Source of the DNA: Octopus vulgaris
Taxonomy: Eukaryota
Reading direction: 5' to 3'
Assembly (NCBI GenBank): GCA_951406725.2
Contig: OX597815.1
Coordinates: 201,624,001 to 201,688,000 of the forward strand
DNA length: 64,000 nucleotides
Part shown: piece by piece, positions 45,351-59,360 of the stretch
Numbering within the stretch: the stretch's first letter is position 1
Layout: every line of letters begins with the position of its first letter
The notes under the pieces: generated by a model
Seen by the model: only the letters and a program-made list of their open reading frames with translations
Databases searched by the model: none
Told to the model about the DNA's origin: nothing
Made by a program: the position numbers and the translations under genes

Positions 45351-46253
45351 CGCGTGTAATTTTGTAATTTTTAATAATTTGTGACTGAATTATTTTGCTT
45401 AGTTCTTGAATCAGTAAAGCCATGGAACTGGTTACAATCCGGAAATGGTTTTACTAACGTATTGAAATATTATATTCCTTTGTTTAAAGTGCTCCATCTT
45501 ATTCAGATCTTAATTCTTAATCATATAAAAAACGTAGTAATAATTTTTAATGCCAATAGCTATGGAGCTGAGAGGAAGTTCTTGAAATACTACTTAACAG
45601 GCACTGCATCATATGGTAAATTTAGTAATTAAGTAGCCGATTACCATCATTCATTCGAATATTAACTTGCTTAAAATTATGTAGAAATAAATACTCCAAT
45701 GTGTTATTTTATTAGATGATATTTTAGAGCAAGATTTTAAGATGATGAATAATTCGATGGATCGATCGATTTATTCATGGTCCGATGCATGCATGGGTTG
45801 ATGGATCGATCGATGGATCGATCGATTGAGAGATAGAGAGATTAATAGAAAGATAGATAGATACATTATAGACGGGTCTGTACTATTGTGAGACATTGGA
45901 AATTTCGTATTTTTAAGTTTAAGCTTTATACAACATCGGAACGTATGCCCAAGACGAATATTAGTAATATATTACAAACCGATTGACACTTTTGTGTAGT
46001 ACGTTCGTGCTTTTTCTTCAGTATTACCAGTAAAAGTGCAATATGATATTTACACCTTTCCCTTATAATCACTTGACAGGCTTATTATGGATATGGAGAG
46101 AAAGGATGATGCAGTGATGCAGTGATACAATAGTACTAAGATGGGTAGCAAAATAATCTACACTCACACATGGACACTTATTATAAATATACATGTATAC
46201 ATAAACACACACACACATACATACATACATACATACATACATACATACATACA

Positions 46254-46286
<33 letters not shown>

Positions 46287-48260
46287 GAAATCTCACAGCC
46301 TTTTTGCTGGTATGCTGGAAAGTGTAAACTGTCCAGAGCCAGCAGTCTAAGATGACAAATTTTTACTGGTCACGCTTCAAGAACACTGCGAATAATAATT
46401 GGAATTCCAAGCACCGCTGAATAGTTCGTTTTATTTTTCTCAATTAAGACTATTTCTGGCTTCCTACTCTCTATCTCCTGGTTGCACTAAATCCCGACAT
46501 CCCATGGGATCCTTGCATTTCTATTTTCGCCAAAGCCTTCAGGTTTGTGGTCTGTCATGTCTATACTTGTTGCAGAGTATCCAATGGACTAGCCTGGCTA
46601 TATTGTTGTGGCGTCTCTTATATTTCTTTCTGGTCTAGTTGCGTACATTGGCTGGTAATATGCCATACGGTTTCACCGTTTTGTCCTCAGATTCTGCACT
46701 TATCAATTTCTGCTGTGTTGTCTAACCTCCATTTTTATATAGTTTGTTATTAGTGCTTGCTGTTGGGCAGCACAGATTAGAGCCTCTGTTTCCGATTTTA
46801 TATCACTTTTAGTCATCCACAGCCATCTCTGTTTCTCTTACCTTCGACAACCCTATGAAATTGATCATACATTATTTTCTTTACCCTATTTTCAGTTTCA
46901 TTCGTTTTTAATATCTTGTATACTGCCTTATCTTTGCAATCTTTCATCCTACACAAGCCTGACCTTCCTACTTCTAATAATAGCGGTTCTGTGGCATTTT
47001 TACATACCGTGCTATGTTGTTTTCCTCTGCTCTAATGCTATGTTCGTATCCAATAAGTACACGTCTCCCCTTTTTTCTCGGTACATACAGTCTGTGTGTC
47101 ACTTTTAGGGTAGTGTGACTCTTATCTAGTAAGCAACTTCCTTGTTTTTTTCTGTTTAAGCTGTTTAGTTTGTCTACTGTCCATGCGATTATCTGCTTCA
47201 TATCTAAGGAGTGAAACCGCCCAGGTGTTGATAGCTTCGATCTTATTCCGTCCATTTAATTTCGACTTAAGGATAAGTCTCAGTCTACGCAAGTACTCCA
47301 CCTTAAATGTTTCTGTCATTTATTTCTCCATCAATTTTGAACACATACCCAGTCTCTGCCTTCCTCGGAATCAGTGTTATTGGTATCAAGCACAGTACAA
47401 AAGCAGTGGAGACAGGCAGTCACCTTGGAAGATGCCCCTCCTAATTTCTGCTGTCCCTAAACTTCCGTATGCTGTCTGTTCCGTTCCCCAATTCGCCATA
47501 CTTTCTTCAAGCAATCGCTCAACATTCGATGCAATACCAAATAGGTTCATACACTCCAAAATCCATGAATGTGGGATTATATGGTACGCCTTACGAAAGA
47601 TGGCAAGATACAGCCAAAGAATGAAGGGTTAGCACCAGAATAGGTTATTCAGAGTAGATCCGAAGAGATTCTATATAGAAATGAATGGAGGAAATGATAC
47701 CGATAAAATTGAAAGCCAAATGTTTTGAAGTGACATCTGGAGCAAAAACAAGGAGCACAAGAAGGATGCTGAATGGTTGCAAGAAGTGAAACAAACAGTA
47801 GTATGTTCAAAACAGGCAGAACTAAGTATTTCAGTTAGGGAAGTGAAGGAAATCAGCAAAAGAAGAGCAAATGGAAGGCCCCGGGAACAGATGCAGTTCA
47901 AGGCTACTGGATCAAAAGATTTTGTGAATGACATGCACGAATAGCTGTGCAGCTCAACACCTTGTTAAATGCCGACCACCTATCACCAGAGTGGCTGGCA
48001 TTGAGTAGGACAGTGCTGTGACTGAAAGACATCGAAAAAAGCAATACTGTAGACAATTACAGGCCGATATCTTGTTTGCCACTTATGTGAATGTTACTGA
48101 TTGAAATACTCGCAGAGCCAATGTACGAACATCTGGAAAAAAACGGAATCCTCCACATGAGCAGAAAGGTTGCAAAGGTAAATGCAAAGGTATCAAGGAC
48201 CAACTCCTGATAGACAAAACTGTAATTAGAGACTGCAAGAGGAGTAAAAGTAACTTTGTT
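46287..48260 (-). mobile_element. R4/Dong-type RLE LINE, 5'-truncated, with inverted 5' segment (47601-48260 on +) and internal deletions
   Basis: Minus: RKAY.IIPHSWI, RRGIFQGDCLSPLL, EYLRRLRLILKSKLNGRNKIEAINTWAV, RLYVPRKKG, CRI.GQNGETVWHI...C. Plus: QNRLF..DPKRFY, YRPISCLP, EQKGC...DQLLIDK. Confidence 0.92.
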
Positions 48261-49084
48261 ATCATTATGTTTATTGTTGTTGTTGTTGTTATTTTCCATT
48301 TAAACGGGTTTGAATTTATCAATAAGACAAGGAAGCTGTTTACAACATTCCTAAATATAACCAAAAGCTTTCTTCTGTCGCTGCCGCCATCATAATACAG
48401 TTCGTAAGATTCAGCCAGCTGGAGACCATCGGCGGGTATTTAAAGAGGAAATTTAATCATTCCACTAGAGTTGCTAATCGTGGAACAAGACTGTCACCAC
48501 AATTACTACAACTATGCAACGCCTGAAAGTACTAGTTTTATTACACCAAATGTATAATATTCTATTATCAAAATATTGTAAAATTGTAAAATTTGTAAAT
48601 ACTAAAAGGTGAAAATCTGACTCAGTGGCAATTTCATTGATTTATATATATAGTCATCCATTTCCCAAATGTATAGACACATACACCAGTACACACGCGC
48701 GTATGCACACATTCACATAACTGTAAATTATGCACACGTTGCAGCAGCATTGTCAGATGCAGGAATTGCATACCCCATATGCATCTAAACACACACACTC
48801 ACCCGCTTTGAATCTTTCATGTGCTTTTGTACGTTTGTTAGCTCCCACAGATACAGTCGTATGTTATCCAGACGCATTACGTACATGAGCAGAATACTGC
48901 TTTTATTCAGACGAACTTTGTCTATTGACATATGACATCAACAGAAATCTTTGACATACAGAAAAAGGTATAATATATTTATACAATAAATAATTTGCAT
49001 ATAACCAATGAAAATCTGCCTCGGAATTAATTCAGGTTGACACGTATTTGAACTGAAGTTTATCAATACGAGTATATTGGTTTC

Positions 49085-49290
49085 AAATTTAGGCACCAGG
49101 TCAGCAATTTCGCGGGAATGGATAAATCGATTATATCGACCCCTGTGCTCAATTGGCAGTTACTTTATCGAAACCCAAAGGATAAAAATTAAATCGACTT
49201 CAGCGGATTTTGAACATAAGACATAGTAATAGACGAAATGTAGCTAAGTATTTCGGCCTTCGTGCTGACGACTCTACCGCCTCGCCATCT
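49085..49290 (-). mobile_element. SINE family D, degenerate
   Basis: Reverse-complement homology to 51805-52035. Confidence 0.78.
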
Positions 49291-49419
49291 TACAATAAGA
49301 TTATATTGAATACCGTAACATATGAGCCTAACAGCCAAACATCTAGCATTGTGTTCTTCCTGTAACATATGTCTGTAATAATTTTTAGAATATATTTATG
49401 AACATAAACATTTATTATT

Positions 49420-49880
49420 TTTTTATTTTATCTAGTTTCAGCTCACGAGCTGTGGCCATGCTGGGGTACTGCCATTTGTTGTTGCTACATGATTTTACTT
49501 CACGAATGCTTTTAGCAATTGCCATTTGGTGCATGAGAGAGTTCGATGCAGCTGCCCTCAACTGCACCTCCTGCCGTGAAGTTGGTTCATCTGGGGTACC
49601 TGGCAGGAAGAGATCCAGTTTTATTTTAAAGACATCTGCATCCACCCCATGCAGTTCTCTCAGGTTCATCGGGAGGATATTGAAGAGCTGTGGGCCTCTG
49701 AAGCCTATATCTTGTCAGTATCTTGTCCTATATCTTGATGGCAAATTTGGAGTCCTTGGCACTATGCAGTGGCGCCCAGGTCTAGCATTTGTGTAACTCT
49801 CGATGCCAAAGTTTGGGACAAGACCTTCTAGGATCTTCCAGATGTATATTATGGTATATCTTTCTCGCCTACGCTCTATT
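49420..49880 (-). mobile_element. CR1-group (Jockey superfamily) LINE 3' fragment
   Basis: IYIWKILEGLVPN...FRGPQLFNILP.NLR...FKIKLDLFL...PDEP, then the stem-loop tail. Confidence 0.88.
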
Positions 49881-50490
49881 TCGTTTCATTAACAAACCAT
49901 ATTTCAATTTTTATGACGTTATATCTTCTTCATTTCCATTTTATCTCCGGAAATCCTCTAGGCAGCTGATATGTTCTACAGATTTTTGGGTGAAGATATA
50001 TATATATAGTCACTGCGATGTTATATTAACTTCTAAAAATGAAGATTTAATTGCTGAAAATATCTCTTCAATTTAAATAGGTATATAATAAATATAGAGT
50101 ATTATAAAGTAAGAAAATGGAGTTTCTAGAGATATAAATTAATTTATTAGCATACTGTTAATTACACGAACTGTTTCAATTTACACACAGTAAAAATTAC
50201 CAACATATAGAATATAGAATTTTTCTTACTAATACCATGTTAGTTTAAAGGAATTTTTAATTTTTAATTTTCCATTTTTTTTTTGTAATTTGGTGTTGCT
50301 TGCAATTGCCACCTTGCTAGTTTTCTACATTTATTGAAAACGAATATATATTTCAATACACCAATAATCCGTCTTGTAAAGTAGTATAAATTCACTTAAC
50401 CGTGTTGATCCAAATAACGTCTAGTGACCACTTTAAGTCTTTTGTTATCTCATGTGAGTTTCCTTTCCTATACAGGCATGCATACAAACA

Positions 50491-50552
<62 letters not shown>

Positions 50553-51190
50553 CAGATAACATAGATAAATAGATAGATAGATCCCTGATTCTTTCTTTCT
50601 ATGTATTATGTACATATTATGTATGTAGTTTATCTGGAGGAAGTAGTAGCAATAACAATATAAGTGCTTATTTGAATGTCAGATTGTTCAGGGTGTTTAT
50701 ATTATGCTAAGGATTGGGTATGTATCTTGCTGTAAGGAAATAATGAAAACTGTTTAATGAGTGGTGCTGTTCATAATGAAGCATAAACAGGAATAAGAAA
50801 ATGTGCAATCCGAGAGTATATATATTTTCGAAAATTACGCAAAATTTTAGAAGAGAAAGCTGAAACCTGGTAATAACGTATGAAAACATCGTAGTCCAAA
50901 GATGGCGATAATTTCTGAGATTTACTGTAGTGGTGTGCTTCATTGTATTTTCCTGCTTCAGATATGCACACCAAGATCGATAAGTTATTGTTCGAAGTTA
51001 TAAACGAATATAGAATCTACTTAATAAATTGTACTAGACTTTGTTGGGAGAATTAGATTTCTTGTAAGGAATTTATATGTAACGTATTGTATTCTTGTTT
51101 GTGCTGTGAAACTTTATTATAGACGTAAAATTCATATGTAACTTCATTGACAAATATGGCTGTCTCATTTATGTGAGTATTTATATAACA

Positions 51191-51234
<44 letters not shown>

Positions 51235-51255
51235 TTTTGTATTATACCGAGTGTA

Positions 51256-51286
<31 letters not shown>

Positions 51287-51804
51287 CTTTAAGTATTCTG
51301 TCCTCAAATAGCCACTTTTTTAAGGCTTCGGCTAATAATTGAATGTTAATATTTATTATTTTGGATATATTTTCAATTCAAAATGGCATCTCTTGGTTTT
51401 CACAATAGTCCTCAATATTTCCGCCACTGTTTTATCACCTAACAATTATTTTTACCACCCATTTTCAACGCTACAATTTGTTTACTTTATTTTCAGCGTC
51501 CATATTTAATTTAGACTAAATAATAAAACAAAAGAGCGTTGGAAAACATTATACTTTTTCAACTATTTCAGTGAATAAGAATGTTTCAATTTAGAGTAAA
51601 GTATTAACTTAAACACTGTGTGCATATATACTGCTCCCGGTATGTATGTAAATGCGTCATATTGTACGGGTAGTCGAAACAATTTTCGATTCGGTGTTAA
51701 TTCTGCACTATAAATATTCATGAACTTTATTTGGTGATAGTTTCTGTAAGAATGTAAGACTCGAATAGTCTCATAGAAGAATTTAAGAGAAGGATATGAT
51801 GATA

Positions 51805-52035
51805 AGGCTGCGAGCTGGCAGAAACGTTAGCACGTCGGGCGAAATGCATAGCCGTATTTCGTCTGTCGTTACGTTGTGGGTTCAAATTCCGCCGAGGTCG
51901 ACTTTGCCTTTCATCATTTCGGGGTCGATAAATTAAGTACCAGTTACACACTGGGTCGATGTAATCGACTTAATACCTATGTCTGTCCTTGTTTGTCCCT
52001 TCTATGTTTAGCCTCTTGTGGGTAATAAAGAAATA
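51805..52035 (+). mobile_element. SINE family D
   Basis: gagctggcagaaacgttagc; ggttcaaattcc; gcctttcatcatttcggggtcgataaattaagtaccag. Confidence 0.9.
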
Positions 52036-54556
52036 GGGATATGATGATAACTTTGCAGGTGTCTCAAAGCGAAAATGTAGGCCAACATCGCAGGATCAAA
52101 GACATAGGTTGATGGGAAAATTATTTAGAAATAAAAGTGTATATAAAAATGTTAACCTACATAAGAGACACAACCTCGGTACTGCTATTCATTCCTCTCG
52201 TCACAGTTTACCCACTCAAACTATCATCCTTATCTTATCTTAGACGCTGAATTCTCAACCCCTATTGTATAATTCATTTCCACAGCCCCACACACACATT
52301 GTTCGAATTTAAAATCGGAAAATTCGGAACTCCTGGAAATGTATATTTCTATACAATCAGAACAGCGGGACACGGGCAACGGAGGCACATCGACGTATCG
52401 AAAATTATCTATTCTCGAATGGCAAAAAAAGCCCTTCTCCAATCGCAAAAGCGTACGAGGACAATCTGATGATGATATACTTTAAAATTTCTTCATTCAT
52501 CTTCTAATAAACGGTCACATTGCCTTTCTTGTATCTGTAGCTAATTTGCAAATCCTGACAAATAATGCTGCAGCGAGTCGTGCGTACTTTAACAGTTACT
52601 TAAAACCTCCACTTACAACAAAACGCATAGAGTGAACCATACGTAAGAGAATAAACAAATACACTCGTCTGTTCATGAGGCTGTGTAAATTTTCCAAAAG
52701 CAACTGGATAAACGAAGAGAAGGAGGTAATTTATAGGTATATAATTTTCAGGATTTTATTACAATATTAGAGATATAACCTTGAACAATTTTAATGCAAT
52801 GCAAATAACAGTAATGCACTCACAGTAATGATTAAGGCGGTAAAATAAATCATGCTTTATTTTATTGGCGAAAATGAAGAGAAAATACGGATGTTATGAT
52901 ACCAATATTAAAATGCTATAATAAATCAGCGGATTTATCGGTTCGATGTAGTAATATATTGAGATATGATGCAGTAGTGTTAGAAAGTAATTTTAAACTA
53001 TATTAGCAAATATGATCAGTAAAATAATCATAGATGATAAAAAATGATTATCAAAATATCAATATTAATGACGTGTGTTTTTGATTAGCATACACAAACG
53101 GTGTTTTAGATGAGTGAAGGTTATAAATGGATTGAGAATATATAATAACAATATTTTTCGTATAAATGTAGAAGAAAAGTGAATATGTCAGTATAAGGAG
53201 ACAAAGGAAGATAGAAATAGCTGTATCTGTAATGTAAATGATACAATTTTATAATAATATTAGTGTGTGCTATATTTTATTTTACAGTATAATGAGGCCG
53301 TAAAAAGTAATGATGGTTACAGAAGGGTAGAGTGGTAAATACTAAATCATAAAGTCAAACAAGAAACGTTAGTAATAAACAAGAAAAAAGTTAACAATTG
53401 TTGATACCTGGTGTTGATTGCATCGAAAAAGCGTTGGCAGATGGCAGGCAAGTATAAAATAAAGGTATATGATACAAGATGAATAATAGGGGAACGTAAA
53501 ACACCAATAAAATTATCGTCAATAGTGCAACATGCAAATAATAACGGAAGGTTTATCTCAAAATGGCGTAAAAATGGTTGGCTGATTGCATATAAAACGA
53601 AGTAATACGAATGCATCATGTATCAGTTATATGGGTGGAGTGAGAACTTTGGGCTTTTTTCTTAGAGTGTGCGTATGACAGTGTTTGTCATTATAAATGC
53701 AACGGACCTTGCAAATATTCTACATTTGCATCGATGAATTCATCCGAATATTTACGAATGCATGCATACGAATGCACGGATTACTTATTCAAGCATGCAC
53801 ATTATTACTTGTTCAAGAATGCAAATCTGCTACACGTTCGATAAGATGTTAGTATTTGTTTGACAATTGAGGTTGGTGGGTGAAATTGTTGCCTAAGTAA
53901 TGTGGAGGCTACAAGATATCCAATTGCAATATTTGTGTATGGATAAATGCAAAGAGCGACCAAGGCATTCATCAGAAAAGAGGTCAGGTTTTATACAGTA
54001 GGAGGTTATCATACTTTGAATGTGTATCCTTATATACTTACCCTCAATATACAAGGTGTACCATTCCGTGTTCTATAATTGCTATGTTTTGCCATTTGGG
54101 GACTGAACTTTTGGTTAAATCTCAATTCATAGTTTAAGATTATGATCGATTGTAAGATCACAGGTGTGGTTTGAGTTTAGGTGTCGTTACTTCAAGCGGA
54201 AACAGGCATCAAATGGCATTTGGTCGTACATAAGTGTATATTAGGCTGCCGGTATAGGATTTCATGATTTTATTAATGAGCACGTTGAACAAGCAGTACA
54301 TATCCAGTTTGACTATAAGCGTTGAACAAACTGCTCGCAATTACGTACATACATATATACACAGGTGTAGTATAACTCTTTTATAATTGACAAAGAACTT
54401 CAAGTACAGCCTGAAAGGAAGGACTCAATGCAGCATATTGCACAAATACTTGTTTACTTCAAATTTGGATGTATCTCACCAATTACACTAGGAGGAAATT
54501 TCGTCGACCAGAAGATATACAGTGAGAAAGGTATTAAGAGTGCCATATAATTTTCA

Positions 54557-54574
54557 ATGGTTGTGGTAGTAGTG

Positions 54575-54614
<40 letters not shown>

Positions 54615-54700
54615 TAGAGGCTATGGTGATGGTGGTGGTAGTATTGGTGGTGGGGATGGAGATGGTGGCGGTGGGGATGGAGATGGTGGCGGTAGTGGTG

Positions 54701-54746
<46 letters not shown>

Positions 54747-54747
54747 C

Positions 54748-54794
<47 letters not shown>

Positions 54795-54860
54795 CAGCAG
54801 CAGCAGCAGCAGCAGCAGTGGTAGTAGTAGTAGTGGCTATGGTGATGGTGGTGGTAGTAT

Positions 54861-54902
<42 letters not shown>

Positions 54903-54946
54903 CTATGGTGATGGTGGTGGTAGTATTGGTGGTGGGGATGGAGATG

Positions 54947-55001
<55 letters not shown>

Positions 55002-55010
55002 AGGCTGGTG
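54557..55010. repeat. Compound trinucleotide array (GTA/GCA/GTG)n with higher-order repeat units
   Basis: gctatggtgatggtggtggtagtattggtggt occurs three times between (GTA)n runs. Confidence 0.95.
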
Positions 55011-55715
55011 TAATTTGATAAGCTATGATGTCTTGCTTTCAATTATGAATGTAAACATTAAAGAAGTCAAGCAGTGCAGGACGCTATCGTAATTAGACCA
55101 AACATAGATAAAGGGAAATATAGACAAGGGGAATTAGTCGATTACTTAATCTTAATGCTACTGTTTAGGCTACAATAGTTAATGGCAGTAGTGTTGTCGT
55201 AATGTCCTTCGTGTGTCAAGCAGAATAATCATCTGAACTTTATTCAATTCAATGTTTTTCTTGTGACATATTTGTATCTGTAAGTACATCCATCTATTTA
55301 ATGGTTGAAATTTAGTAAATCCATAGCGGCGTTATGGAATATTATTGGCTTTGACATATCGTGGTGAAATTAAATTTTATATGTCTTGCTACTTTAATAT
55401 AAGTGTATAAGTGGATGCGTAGGCTAATAAACTCCTGATTACATTTGAAGTCAGGCAAGTAATTAATAATGAAACATTACGGTGACTGGTTTGCTATAAG
55501 ACATCACAAACACTTTTGTAAATATTAAGTGCATAATATTTCTATAGATGCATACATATATATATATACAGAGAGAGAGACTGTAAACAGAGTAAACAAG
55601 AGAGACAGAGAAAGGCAGAAACAAGGAAAATACCACTTATATTTGAACACTATACAAATGTTCTTTTAAAAGAACTTTTCTTCTAATTTTTCTAAATTTA
55701 ATTATTTAATTGTTA

Positions 55716-55751
55716 CAGTTAAAAAGGTCTCAATGACTGAAACCGGTACTG
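55716..55751 (+). ncRNA. Degenerate hammerhead scaffold (in ~55570-55803 element, family H4)
   Basis: CAG-[uuaaaaa]-GGUC-ucaau-GACU-GAA-ACCGGU-A-CUG; stems and palindrome kept, CUGANGA box decayed. Confidence 0.5.
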
Positions 55752-55800
55752 AGATGTTCTTTATAAAATTACTTTAGCATTTTCTATCCTGACTTGTTTC

Positions 55801-55871
<71 letters not shown>

Positions 55872-55903
55872 GATAAGAATATATTGTTACATAAAGCACG
55901 TGG

Positions 55904-55951
<48 letters not shown>

Positions 55952-56002
55952 TTCCTGTGACCTAGCGTGTAGAAATTTAGTCCAAAGAGTATGCATTACT
56001 CA

Positions 56003-56430
56003 TAAAATACAATGTACATTTATACACATAAAAGGAATCCACTCATGGAATTCATCACGCTAGAAAGAACAGCTAGGTTCTATAACCACAAAAATTAGGG
56101 ATAAAATTCCGAAAGGAACGAAATGAAAAATATAAACGTTTGCCACCTAGTTTCCTGGACTAATTGGTTTCTGGTTTTAGTTTAGCAAAAAAGATAATAT
56201 GTACCTGTTGATGAAGATTCCACCTAGCAAATCATCTCATTTGCTAAAATAAATCAGAAACAAATTGGTCCAGGAAACTAGATGGTAAAAGGTTTTGTTT
56301 TTTTTTCATACCGCTCCTTTCGGAATTTTATCCCTATATTTTGTTGTTTTAGAACCTAGCTGTTCTTTCTAGCGTGATGAATTCCAAGAGTGGATTCCTC
56401 TTATGTGTATAAATGTACACTGTATTCTAT
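56003..56430. repeat. Long imperfect inverted repeat (arms ~56003-56190 and ~56239-56430), inverted pLTR-like element of family H2
   Basis: e.g. ggaattcatcacgctagaaagaacagctaggttcta vs tagaacctagctgttctttctagcgtgatgaattcc. Confidence 0.92.
56204..56274 (+). ncRNA. Type I hammerhead ribozyme motif (C3U variant)
   Basis: CCUG-UUGAUGA-[aGAUU..UAGCAAAU/AUUUGCUA..AAUCa]-GAA-ACAAAUUGGU-C-CAGG; the mirror arm gives ACCAAUUAGU, so the consensus is the palindrome ACCAAUUGGU. Confidence 0.7.
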
Positions 56431-56597
56431 AATATACACTAAGATGCATTAATTTATTTGTGTATAATATACACTAGTTCATTTCGAGGGATTCATGTGA
56501 CTGACATTCCGGATTAGCCCCTGTATCGTTTCAGATGACGTATCACTAGAGAAACTTGTTCTTTGTAGAGCCAAGAAGAAAGTGATGAATGCATATA

Positions 56598-56800
56598 TGT
56601 TACCGCGTGTGTACCGTTGGCGATTTTTCTCCTCTGTCTCCCCTTCCCTGGATCTTTTCTTCTCCTATGTTTCCGACGAAGAGCTCCGCTCGAAACGTTA
56701 AGCCCTCCTTCTTTCCTTCTTTCCTGAGCGTCCAATAATACTATATTTGTTCCACGTCTTCGCGTTGTTGTTTTTAGTGCTTTCTTGTTTCGATTAACTT

Positions 56801-56801
<1 letters not shown>
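56598..56801 (+). mobile_element. Family H1 element with hammerhead motif at 56669-56703
   Basis: GUUU-CCGACGA-A-GAGC-ucc-GCUC-GAA-ACGU-U-AAGC; terminal ~25 bp repeated at 56866-56890 across a (TA)n tract. Confidence 0.8.
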
Positions 56802-56867
<66 letters not shown>

Positions 56868-56885
56868 TGTTTTGATTAACTTTAT

Positions 56886-56947
<62 letters not shown>

Positions 56948-57736
56948 TAAGTTTTAACTATTAGTATGTCGCTTAGAAATTGCGATGCTAATATCGTGGT
57001 GTAGAACTCAGTATACATATGCTTCAGGACGAGGCTTGCATCGAGTACAGAGCGGCAATATGAAACGGAGTTGATATTTGGAATACAAGGTTATGTTATA
57101 AAATACGTTAACTTAGATCTGCCATAGGCGTAAATGTATGTCCATTGTATCACATACAAGAAACAGAAATAAACAAATGAAATTCAAACGGTAATAGTTT
57201 ATTCCTTTGTTATTTCATTTACTTATGTATACACATTATTTAAATAGCAGAAACTAATAGTTTCATGTCAATTACACATAATAATTCGACAGATTTATAA
57301 CCTGCGAAGTGTTCTTTTGTGTTTTCAAATAGGACAAAACCATGTGCATTGTGTACATACTGCGTATATCAAATGACATTTATCTCTCGATTTTGCTAGA
57401 CAGCATGATTTTTTCGGTGGTTCTTATAATTGAACAATAAACTAACTTATACATAAATATATTCTGTAGGTATCATTTAGAGGAGTTTAGTACCGCCAAG
57501 GGATAATTAAATCCAAATAGCTCCTGGTTATTACCTGGGTAGGTACAGTATTTTAAAGTTGCAAGGTAGCAGGTGGTTCGGTTGGTAGACCACAGTTTAG
57601 GTTATAATGGATATAATAACAATAGGGTGATTCGTCGTTTTCGCTGGTATGCCTTTAATTTAATTACATAACAAAGAAGGAGGAAGCAATGATCTATGTA
57701 TATGTATGCGTATGCATGTGTGTATGTATATATATA

Positions 57737-57787
<51 letters not shown>

Positions 57788-57816
57788 GTAAATATATAAA
57801 TATATACATATATATT

Positions 57817-57853
<37 letters not shown>

Positions 57854-57870
57854 GTATATATATATATATT

Positions 57871-57930
<60 letters not shown>

Positions 57931-57936
<6 letters not shown>

Positions 57937-58125
57937 GAGAATTCACAAGTAATCTAAAGACGAAGACAGGTGGTGTAGACAACAGATGCATTATTATAAC
58001 GCTCTAGAAGAGAAAAAGTGTTTAACATTTCGAGCCTACGCTCAGCCACAGAAAGGAACACAGAAAGAAACAAGGAGAGAAAATAAAGAATGTGTAGCGG
58101 CTAGCGATCTATCATAGTGGTGTCT
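57931..58125 (-). mobile_element. pLTR-like element (related to H1) with degenerate hammerhead at 58021-58054
   Basis: UUU-[cuguggcu]-GAGC-guag-GCUC-GAA-AUGU-U-AAA, abutting a long (TA)n. Confidence 0.55.
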
Positions 58126-59022
58126 GCGTACGCTCAATTCGACGTAAATTCCGCAATTTGTACCACACGCTCATTTTAGTGCACCTTCAAAATAAGTAAA
58201 TAAATGAAGTTGATAACAGATATAATTTAATACGTCTGTCACTTGTAAATCATACTAAGATTTAGTGACTATGTAGTCAAAACACCATAACTAGATTCCC
58301 TGAAATTGCTCTTAATTAAATTGTTCATGAGATTGCAGACTATAATTATTTTCAAGGCAATTACGGAGCATTGCTTCCACTGGAACCTAAAGTTTGGATA
58401 TTAATGCGTATACATTAATTAACCGCAGAGTTTTTAATTATATTAAACAATGTGTAATTAAGCATCAAAACAAATATGTAATGATGTCCATTCCAATTCA
58501 ACTAATTAGAAAATAATCTCCTTCAATATGAAATAGTATTGATTTAAGTGTAAATTAATGCACACATATTCAAGTGTATTCGATAATACATATACACGTG
58601 CAAGCCTATATGCGTGTGCATGTGTTTATACGGGTTTGTGGGTGTGTAGTATATATATATATATATATACGTGTGTATCTCTTGTGTGTGTTTGTGTGTG
58701 TACTGCCTGTAATTAACAAATAGTTATTTAATCTTGTGTTTTGCTCACTGCACTTTTAGCTACGCATGCAGTTTTGTTTTCAAACGACGTTACTTTTAAA
58801 TTATAAGTTATAAATGATAATAGCATTGGTATATAATAGACCATATTCAAATTCTATTTTACCGAAGTAAATATTGAAACGCTAATTCTGCGAATGTTTT
58901 AAATAAGTGTCTTGTTTGTATTGATCTTACTGATTTGCAATACGGAGAATAGTGTGAAATGCAGATTTCTTAAATTAACGTCAAAATAAAAAGGAAAGGA
59001 AGGTCCATTCTCTTACCTTTTT

Positions 59023-59360
59023 CAGATACTGCAGCAAGCAATGCCATCACGCTTCAGGACCAGCTTCTGCAACAGCCTGTGCTTCAAGGGCCCAGAGCTT
59101 TTTAATATTCTCCCAAAGAGTCTGAGGAACTTGCACAAAGTGGATGTAGCGGTTTTTAAATCAAAACTGAACATCTTCCTGTCAAGAGTCCCAGATGAAC
59201 ATACCTCACAGCAAGAGGTGCAAATGGGAGTAGCTGTATCAAACTCCATTCTTCACCAAGTGCCACATATTAGACGAGGTTCGTCGCAATAACAGTGTAG
59301 CACAAAACGGCGGTGCATCAGCATGGCCGCAGCTCTGAGCTGAAACTAGAAAAAAAAAAG
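59023..59360 (+). mobile_element. CR1-group LINE 3' fragment
   Basis: ORF 59041-59292 FKGPELFNILPKSLR...FKSKLNIFLSRVPDE, homologous to the 49420 copy; stem-loop tail plus poly(A). Confidence 0.88.

Noticed and set aside
53880-54110. Gypsy RT-like traces (CYVLPFG)
   Set aside because: A single short motif, too degraded to support
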